Shown here piece by piece: positions 58,174 through 64,000 of a stretch of DNA of 64,000 bases. Location: contig JAYRRR010000006.1 in the NCBI GenBank assembly GCA_041910015.1, positions 1,503 to 65,502 of the forward strand. Direction: 5' to 3'. Origin of the DNA: Steroidobacteraceae bacterium. GTDB lineage: Bacteria > Pseudomonadota > Gammaproteobacteria > Steroidobacterales > Steroidobacteraceae. The notes under the pieces were generated by a model. It was not told the origin of the DNA. It made no database searches and was given only the letters and a program-made list of their open reading frames with translations. Numbering within the stretch: position 1 is the stretch's first letter; every line of letters begins with the position of its first letter. A program made the position numbers and the translations under genes.

Positions 58174-59010
58174 TCAGCCCCAGTGCTTGCCGAGCACGTT
58201 CTCGAGGATGATCTTGCTGCCGAAGTAGGAGAGTCCGAGCAGCATGTAGCCGGCGAACGTCCAGCGCAGCGCCTTGCGGCCGCGCCAGCCGAAACGCAGC
58301 CGGCCGAGCAGCAGCACGCCGAAGACCACCCACGCCACGATCGCGAGCGTCACCTTGTGCACGAGATGCTGTGCGAACAGGTTCTCGACGAAGAATGCGC
58401 CGCTCACGAGCGCGAGCGTGAGCACGGCGAAGCCGGCGAGGATGCTCTGGAACGTGCCGGATTCGAGCGACTCGATTGGCGTCAGGATCCTGAGCCAGCC
58501 GAGCGGCTGGCGGCTGCGCAGCCGCCGATCGACGATGACCTGTGCGAGGGCGAGGGTCATGCCGATGGTCAGGAACGCGAAGGCGGTGGTCGCCATCGCG
58601 ACGTGAAAGGCGAGTTCCCACCCCGCGCGGCCCATGGAGAACTGCCGCGTGCCTTCGGAGAACGCCGCTTCGAGCACGGCGGCAATCAAGAGCAGTATCG
58701 CGGCCACGCCGCGCCGGCCGGGTCGCAGCGCCATCAGGATGGCCGTGACCGAGATGACCAGTGCAACCAGCGCCAGCGTGTCGCCGAGCGACAGCGCCGC
58801 ATAGGGCTCGAGGCGACGCTCGTCCAGCAGCGCGGCGGCGTGGACGAAAGCGCCGACCGTCGCGATCGCCACGCTGGCGATGCGGCCGCCCCGGCCGTGG
58901 GCCGACGGCGGCTGGCTGCGATACTGGTACGTGGCGATGGCGAGCCAGCCGGCTCCGATGACGTAGCAGGCGACGGCGATCAGTGGCAGCAGCAAGCTGG
59001 AAACCGGCAT
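58174..59010 (-). CDS. ypjD: cytochrome c assembly-family inner membrane protein (YpjD-like), divergent from ffh
   Basis: 278 aa with about 8 TM segments. Conserved position and orientation next to ffh. Confidence 0.7.
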   Translation of the reverse strand: MPVSSLLLPLIAVACYVIGAGWLAIATYQYRSQPPSAHGRGGRIASVAIATVGAFVHAAALLDERRLEPYAALSLGDTLALVALVISVTAILMALRPGRRGVAAILLLIAAVLEAAFSEGTRQFSMGRAGWELAFHVAMATTAFAFLTIGMTLALAQVIVDRRLRSRQPLGWLRILTPIESLESGTFQSILAGFAVLTLALVSGAFFVENLFAQHLVHKVTLAIVAWVVFGVLLLGRLRFGWRGRKALRWTFAGYMLLGLSYFGSKIILENVLGKHWG

Positions 59011-59150
59011 GTTGGTACGACCACCGCATCATGCCACGGACCCGCCGGGCTGAGGAGGACGGCAAACCGGCCCCGCCGGATGCCTATAATCGCGCTTTCC
59101 CGTCCGCCGGTCCGGCCGGACGCGTCCCGTCACCCCGAGGTTTGCGCCCC

Positions 59151-60500
59151 GTGTTCGACAAGCTTTCCGCACGTCTGGCATCGGTCGTCGACGGCCTGCG
59201 CGGCCGTGGCCGCCTGACCGAGGAGAACATCGGCGACACCCTGCGCCAGGTGCGCATGGCGCTGCTCGAGGCGGACGTCGCGCTGCCGGTGGTCAAGACC
59301 TTCATCGACGGGGTCAGGGCGCGCGTCGTCGGTCAGGAGATCCACAAGAGCCTCACGCCCGGCCAGGCGCTGATCAGGATCATCCACGAGGAACTCGTCC
59401 GCGTCATGGGTGAGGGAGTACGGCCGCTGAACCTGCGCGTGCAGCCGCCGGCCATCGTGCTGCTCGCCGGCCTGCAGGGCGCCGGCAAGACGACGACGGC
59501 CGCCAAGCTGGCGTCATGGCTCAAGACGCGCGAGAAGAAACGCGTGTTGCTCGTGTCGACCGACGTGCGCCGTCCCGCGGCACTGCTGCAGCTCGAGCGT
59601 CTCGGCCAGCAGCTCGGCATCGACGTGGCCCCGGCGAGCCCGACGCAGCTGCCGCTCGTCATCGCGCAGGAGGCGCTGGCGCTGGCACGGCGCGGCGTCT
59701 ACGACGTGCTGCTGGTCGACACGGCGGGCCGCCTGCACGTCGACGAGCAGATGATGGCCGAGGTGCGCGAGCTCGGCCGCGCGTTGAATCCGATCGAGAC
59801 GCTGTTCGTCGTCGACAGCATGGCCGGCCAGGATGCCGTCAACGCGGCTCGTGCATTCGGGGCCGCGCTGGCGCTGACCGGCGTCGTGCTGACCAAGGCG
59901 GACGGCGACGCGCGTGGCGGCGCGGCACTGTCGGTGCGGCAGATCACCGGTCAGCCGATCCTGTTCGTCGGCACCGGCGAGAAGCCCGACGCGCTCGAGG
60001 CGTTCCAGCCGGACCGCATGGCGTCGCGGATCCTCGGCATGGGCGACGTGCTGTCGCTGGTCGAGGAAGTTACGCGGCAGGTCGACCGCGCCGAGGCGGA
60101 GAAGCTCGCGCGAAAAGTCGCCAAGGGCAAGGACTTCGACCTCGACGACCTGCTGGGGCAGTTGCGGCAGCTCGAGCAGATGGGGGGCGTCGCGGCGCTC
60201 ATCGACAAGCTTCCGGCGCAGCTTGCGGCCAAGGCAGGGGCGGTGCCGCAGGGGAACGAGAAGGAGGTCCGGCGACAGATCGCGATCATCTGCTCGATGA
60301 CCCCGCAGGAACGCCGCTATCCAAAGCACATCGACGGCTCCCGCAAGCGCCGTATTGCCGCGGGCTCCGGCACTCATGTGGCCGAAATCAACCGGCTGCT
60401 CAAGAACTTCCTGCAGATGCAGAAGATGATGAAGGGCATGGGCAAGGGCGGTCTGGGGCGCATGATGCGGGCGATGTCCGGCCGCCTGCCAGGGGTCTGA
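59151..60500 (+). CDS. ffh: signal recognition particle protein Ffh
   Basis: GTG start (VFDKLSARL...). GLQGAGKTTT, DTAGR, TKADGDARGGAALS. Met-rich M-domain (LKNFLQMQKMMKGMGKGG). Confidence 0.95.
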   Translation: MFDKLSARLASVVDGLRGRGRLTEENIGDTLRQVRMALLEADVALPVVKTFIDGVRARVVGQEIHKSLTPGQALIRIIHEELVRVMGEGVRPLNLRVQPPAIVLLAGLQGAGKTTTAAKLASWLKTREKKRVLLVSTDVRRPAALLQLERLGQQLGIDVAPASPTQLPLVIAQEALALARRGVYDVLLVDTAGRLHVDEQMMAEVRELGRALNPIETLFVVDSMAGQDAVNAARAFGAALALTGVVLTKADGDARGGAALSVRQITGQPILFVGTGEKPDALEAFQPDRMASRILGMGDVLSLVEEVTRQVDRAEAEKLARKVAKGKDFDLDDLLGQLRQLEQMGGVAALIDKLPAQLAAKAGAVPQGNEKEVRRQIAIICSMTPQERRYPKHIDGSRKRRIAAGSGTHVAEINRLLKNFLQMQKMMKGMGKGGLGRMMRAMSGRLPGV

Positions 60501-60576
60501 CCCCAGTCAAGAAAATCTTGACGGGGGTCCCTTCAAGATGTTCTTGACTGGGGTCACTTGACTGGGGTCAGACCCC
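60492..60576. repeat. 20-bp perfect inverted repeat (GGGGTCTGACCCCAGTCAAG / CTTGACTGGGGTCAGACCCC) enclosing a 14-bp tandem duplication (CTTGACTGGGGTCA x2) and small palindromes
   Basis: The arms are at 60492..60511 and 60557..60576. The tandem copies are at 60543..60556 and 60557..60570. The left arm overlaps the ffh stop codon (60498..60500). Confidence 0.85.
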
Positions 60577-60601
60577 TCCACCCCCTCCACACCCACAAGC
60601 A

Positions 60602-60630
60602 TTTCAATGGCCTCGAAATTTCGTTATAAT
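60602..60630 (+). promoter_or_regulatory. candidate rpsP-operon promoter (TTTCAA-17-TATAAT)
   Basis: A perfect -10 TATAAT lies at 60625..60630, about 70 nt upstream of the rpsP ATG. The -35 element is weak. Confidence 0.3.
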
Positions 60631-60698
60631 TCGCGGCTCTTTTTTGACTGGGCATGGCGAGGCGCCGCCCGGTCGCGAACCTGAGGCATCGAAGCAAG

Positions 60699-60959
60699 AT
60701 GGTGACGATCCGTTTGCAGCGCCGCGGCGGCAAGAAGGAGCCCTTCTACCACGTGGTGGTGACTGACAGCCGCCGCGCGGGCGGCGGGTCGCTGGAGCAG
60801 GTGGGGTTCTACAATCCCGTCGCGCGCGGCAGCAGCGAGGAACTGCGCCTGGACCTGTCGCGAGTCGACTACTGGCTCGGTGTGGGCGCCCAGGTCTCGG
60901 ATCGCGTCGCGCAACTGGTCAAGAGCTACCGCAAGAGGCAGGTCGCCGCGGCGGCCTGA
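60699..60959 (+). CDS. rpsP: 30S ribosomal protein S16
   Basis: [28 protein letters not shown] 60699 is preferred to ORF-track 60654. Confidence 0.96.
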   Translation: MVTIRLQRRGGKKEPFYHVVVTDSRRAGGGSLEQVGFYNPVARGSSEELRLDLSRVDYWLGVGAQVSDRVAQLVKSYRKRQVAAAA

Positions 60960-60979
60960 GCCGGGGCGCGCGGCGCAGC

Positions 60980-61504
60980 ATGATCGCGCGCCAGCGGTCC
61001 GCCAGCCCGGGCGCCGTGTCGCTGGGCCGGGTCGGGTCACCGTTCGGCGTGCAGGGCTGGGTCAAGGTCACGTCCTACACCGAGCCCGTCGCCGGCATCG
61101 CCGACTACCCGCGGTGGACACTGGTCCAGCGCGGCGAGGCCCGGGAGGTCCGCGTGCTCGAGGCAAAGCGGGCCGGGTCGCAGGTGGCGGTCAGGCTCGA
61201 AGGCATCGAGACGCGCGAGGCGGCGCAGGCGCTGACGGGGGCCGAGGTGCAGGTGGAACGCTCCGAGTTGCCGCCGGTCGGCCCGAAAGAGCACTACCTG
61301 CACGACCTGGTCGGGCTCGAGGCGGTGAACCGTGAAGGCGCTCCGCTCGGGCACGTGGACGGCTTTCTGGACCTGCCGGCGCACCCCGTGGCGGTGCTGC
61401 GCGCGGGCAAGGTCGAACGTCTGGTGCCGCTGGTCCCGGAGCGACTCGTCGCGGTGGACCTTGCGGCGGGGCGCGTGACCTTCGACTGGCATCCGGACGA
61501 CTGA
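60980..61504 (+). CDS. rimM: 16S rRNA processing protein RimM
   Basis: LGRVGSPFGVQGWVKV, a PRC barrel, and synteny. Confidence 0.92.
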   Translation: MIARQRSASPGAVSLGRVGSPFGVQGWVKVTSYTEPVAGIADYPRWTLVQRGEAREVRVLEAKRAGSQVAVRLEGIETREAAQALTGAEVQVERSELPPVGPKEHYLHDLVGLEAVNREGAPLGHVDGFLDLPAHPVAVLRAGKVERLVPLVPERLVAVDLAAGRVTFDWHPDD

Positions 61505-61534
61505 AGGGCTGGCACAGGGATCAGGGTAGGCACG

Positions 61535-62317
61535 ATGCGGATCGTCGTCGTGACGCTGTTTCCCGAACTCGTCGAACAGGCCGTCCGGTTCGGCGTGCTC
61601 GGCCGGGCGCTCGAGCGCGGCGTGCTCGCGGTGGAGACGGTGAACCCGCGGCAGTTCGCCACCGACGCGCACGGAACCGTGGACGACCGGCCCTACGGCG
61701 GCGGCCCGGGGATGGTGTTGAAGGCCGAGCCGTTGCGGCAAGCGATGGCGGAGGCTGCCGTGAGGGTGCCGGCGGCGCGCCGTGTCTGCCTCGCGGCGGA
61801 CGGGGCACCGCTCACGCAGCGAAAGGTGGCAGAGTACGCGGGTCTGACGGAACTGGTCCTGGTGGCGGGGCGCTACGAGGGCATGGACGAACGGTTCGTC
61901 GAGGCGTGCGTCGACGAATGCGTCTCGATCGGCGACTTCGTGCTGAGCGGCGGCGAACTGCCGGCGCTCATGGTGATCGACGCGGTGGCGCGCCTGTTGC
62001 CGGGCACGCTCGGCGACGCGGAGTCCGCCGTGCTGGAGTCGTTCGGCGACGGCCTGCTCGACTGGCCGCACTACACGCGGCCAGAGGTGTGGGCGGGCCG
62101 GGCGGTGCCGCCGGTGCTGATCGGCGGCAACCACGCGGCGATCGCGCGCTGGCGGCGCAGGCAGTCGCTGGGGCGCACGTGGCAGCGCCGGCCCGACCTG
62201 CTGGCGCGCCGGGAGTTGAGTGACGAGGAGCGCAGGCTCCTCGCGGAATACCAGGCGGAGCCGGATGCGCCGCGACAAGAGCATGGACGGAACGCAGACC
62301 AAGTGGTGAAGAAATGA
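61535..62317 (+). CDS. trmD: tRNA (guanine37-N1)-methyltransferase TrmD
   Basis: [44 protein letters not shown]. Confidence 0.96.
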   Translation: MRIVVVTLFPELVEQAVRFGVLGRALERGVLAVETVNPRQFATDAHGTVDDRPYGGGPGMVLKAEPLRQAMAEAAVRVPAARRVCLAADGAPLTQRKVAEYAGLTELVLVAGRYEGMDERFVEACVDECVSIGDFVLSGGELPALMVIDAVARLLPGTLGDAESAVLESFGDGLLDWPHYTRPEVWAGRAVPPVLIGGNHAAIARWRRRQSLGRTWQRRPDLLARRELSDEERRLLAEYQAEPDAPRQEHGRNADQVVKK

Positions 62318-62658
62318 GCAATATCATCGCCGCGCTCGATGCCGAGCGCATGACCCGCGCAGTGCCCGACTTCGGCCCCGGCGACACCGTCGTCGTCGAA
62401 GTCAAGGTGAAGGAAGGCGAGCGCGAACGTGTGCAGGCCTACGAAGGCGTCGTCATCGCGAAGAGCAACCGCGGCCTGAACTCGTCGTTCACGGTGCGCA
62501 AGATCTCGCACGGCGAGGGCGTCGAGCGTGTGTTCCAGACGTACAGCCCCGCCCTCGGCAACATCACGGTGAAGCGCCGCGGCAACGTCCGTCGCGCCAA
62601 GCTGTATTACCTGCGCGAGCGCACGGGCAAGTCCGCCCGCATCGAAGAAAAGGTCTGA
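62314..62658 (+). CDS. rplS: 50S ribosomal protein L19
   Basis: [35 protein letters not shown] overlaps the trmD stop. Confidence 0.97.
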   Translation: MSNIIAALDAERMTRAVPDFGPGDTVVVEVKVKEGERERVQAYEGVVIAKSNRGLNSSFTVRKISHGEGVERVFQTYSPALGNITVKRRGNVRRAKLYYLRERTGKSARIEEKV

Positions 62659-62679
62659 CGCGGGACGGGCGCGCCTCGC

Positions 62680-64000
62680 ATGCGTGCCATCCGCAGGGTG
62701 CTGCACTGGATCTGGGCGGGTCTCGACGGCCTGCGCAAGGTCCTGCACCTCGTCCTGCTGCTGCTGGTCTTCGCGCTGATCGGCGCGCTCTTCTCGCGTC
62801 CGATCCCGTTCGTCCCGGACAGGGCGGCGCTGGTCGTCGCGCCGCAGGGCCCGCTCGTCGAGCAGTTCACGGGCGACCCGTTCGAGCGCGCGGTTGCCGA
62901 AGCCGTCAGCCGGGCCACGCCCGAGACGCGTCTGCGCGACGTCGTCGACGCGATCACCGCGGCCAGGAAGGACGAACGGATCAGTTCGATCTACCTCGAT
63001 CTGGGCGGCCTCGACGGCGGTGGCACGGCCAAGTTGCAGGAAATCGCCCGCGCGCTCGACGACTTCCGCAAGAGCGGCAAGCCGGTCATCGCGTTCGGGG
63101 AGTATTACGATCAGCCCCAGTACTATCTCGCGGCCCACGCGGACGAGATCTACCTCGACCCGCAGGGCATTGCCTACATCGACGGCTTCGCGAACTACGG
63201 CCTGTTCGTCAGGGACGCACTCGACAAGCTCTCGATCGACTGGAACGTGTTCCGGGTCGGCCAGTACAAGTCCGCGGTCGAGATGTTCACGCGCAACGAC
63301 ATGTCGCCGGCCGAGCGCGAGGAGAGCCTCGCGTGGTTGAACTCGGTCTGGGCCACATGGAAGGCCGACGTCGCCCGGGCGCGTGGCTTCGAGCCGGCGG
63401 TCCTGCAGGCCTACGCCGATGACGCGCCGGCGGCGCTGCGGGCGAGCGGAGGCGACCTCGCCAAGGTCGCGCTGCAGGCCGGGCTGGTGACCGACCTCAA
63501 GGGTCGCTACGAGGTCGAGGACCGTCTCGCCGAGCTGACCGGCGAGGACGAGGATGCGCACTCGTACCAGGGCATCGACTATCTCTCGTATCTCGCCAAC
63601 GTCCATTCCTCCGAGGCGCTGGCGTCGAAGCCGGTCGACAAGGTGGCGGTCATCGTCGCCGCGGGCGAGATCCTGCCGGGCGAGCAGGCGCCGGGCACCA
63701 TCGGTTCGGACACGCTCGCGGCGCAGTTGCGTGAGGCGCGCTTCGACGAGGACGTCAAGGCCGTCGTGCTGCGCATCGACAGCCCGGGCGGCAGCACGTT
63801 CGCCTCCGAGGTGATCCGCCGCGAGGTCGAGGCGCTGCGGGCCGACCGCAAGCCCGTCGTCGCCTCGATGAGTTCGATGGCCGCCTCGGGCGGCTACTAC
63901 ATCGCGATGGACGCGGACCGCATCGTTGCGAGCCCCACGACACTGACGGGCTCGATCGGCATTTTCGCGATGTTCCCGACGTTCCAGCGCACCCTCGCGC
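62680..64000 (+). CDS. sppA: signal peptide peptidase SppA (67K type), 3' end outside window
   Basis: My translation from ATG 62680 gives MRAIRRVLHWIWAGLDGLRKVLHLVLLLLVFALIG... with a TM anchor. The first ClpP-like repeat includes SIYLDLGGLDGGGTAKLQEIARAL and AFGEYYDQPQYYLAAHADEIYLDP. The frame is open to the window end, so it is absent from the ORF track. Confidence 0.85.
   Translation, partial: MRAIRRVLHWIWAGLDGLRKVLHLVLLLLVFALIGALFSRPIPFVPDRAALVVAPQGPLVEQFTGDPFERAVAEAVSRATPETRLRDVVDAITAARKDERISSIYLDLGGLDGGGTAKLQEIARALDDFRKSGKPVIAFGEYYDQPQYYLAAHADEIYLDPQGIAYIDGFANYGLFVRDALDKLSIDWNVFRVGQYKSAVEMFTRNDMSPAEREESLAWLNSVWATWKADVARARGFEPAVLQAYADDAPAALRASGGDLAKVALQAGLVTDLKGRYEVEDRLAELTGEDEDAHSYQGIDYLSYLANVHSSEALASKPVDKVAVIVAAGEILPGEQAPGTIGSDTLAAQLREARFDEDVKAVVLRIDSPGGSTFASEVIRREVEALRADRKPVVASMSSMAASGGYYIAMDADRIVASPTTLTGSIGIFAMFPTFQRTLA

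Noticed and set aside
60543-60570. Tandem 14-bp repeat considered as a CRISPR or VNTR array.
   Set aside because: There are only two copies with no spacers, embedded in a larger inverted repeat. This is not CRISPR architecture.
60654-60698. ORF-track start at 60654 for rpsP, adding [15 protein letters not shown].
   Set aside because: S16 proteins begin MV(T/K)IRL. ATG 60699 gives exactly that and has an upstream GAGG.

Overview
GC-rich (roughly 68-70 % by eye) proteobacterial chromosome segment with Pseudomonas-like gammaproteobacterial gene order. Two intact housekeeping blocks flank an accessory region of about 32-35 kb. The left block (1-9.3 kb) is amiB-mutL-miaA-hfq-hflX-hflK-hflC-yjeT-purA. 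The right block (44.5-64 kb) is tRNA-Leu(CAG)-rnr-rlmB-rpsF-rpsR-membrane protein-rplI-dnaB-alr, then radA, a CorC-like gene, a ypjD-like gene, ffh-rpsP-rimM-trmD-rplS-sppA. An acyl-CoA dehydrogenase and malate synthase G (9.3-12.7 kb) may belong to either the backbone or the accessory region. The accessory region has three notable contents. (i) A TetR-controlled operon (19.8-31.8 kb) for a pyrogallol-transhydroxylase / resorcinol-hydroxylase-type molybdoenzyme. Its large subunit carries an unusual N-terminal extension and its small subunit has only 8 Fe-S cysteines. It is followed by a beta-hydroxyacid dehydrogenase, a 4-TM protein, a 6-oxocamphor-hydrolase-like crotonase, an aldehyde dehydrogenase and an acetoin-dehydrogenase-like E1alpha/E1beta/E2 set without E3. 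(ii) A co-directional array (33.9-43.8 kb) of a glycyl-radical enzyme, its activase, a BKACE/DUF849 enzyme, an AraC regulator, an MFS transporter, an SDR, a tandem-CMD protein and a YeiH-like protein. (iii) At least seven decayed genes carrying nonsense codons, frameshifts or truncations, while every backbone gene is intact. No integrase, transposase, CRISPR array or rRNA was seen. Outside the accessory region, an FHA / PP2C phosphatase / Ser-Thr kinase triad lies between alr and radA. A dense inverted and tandem repeat element overlaps the ffh stop codon. All functional calls rest on motifs recognised by eye in the supplied translations; no database search was possible.
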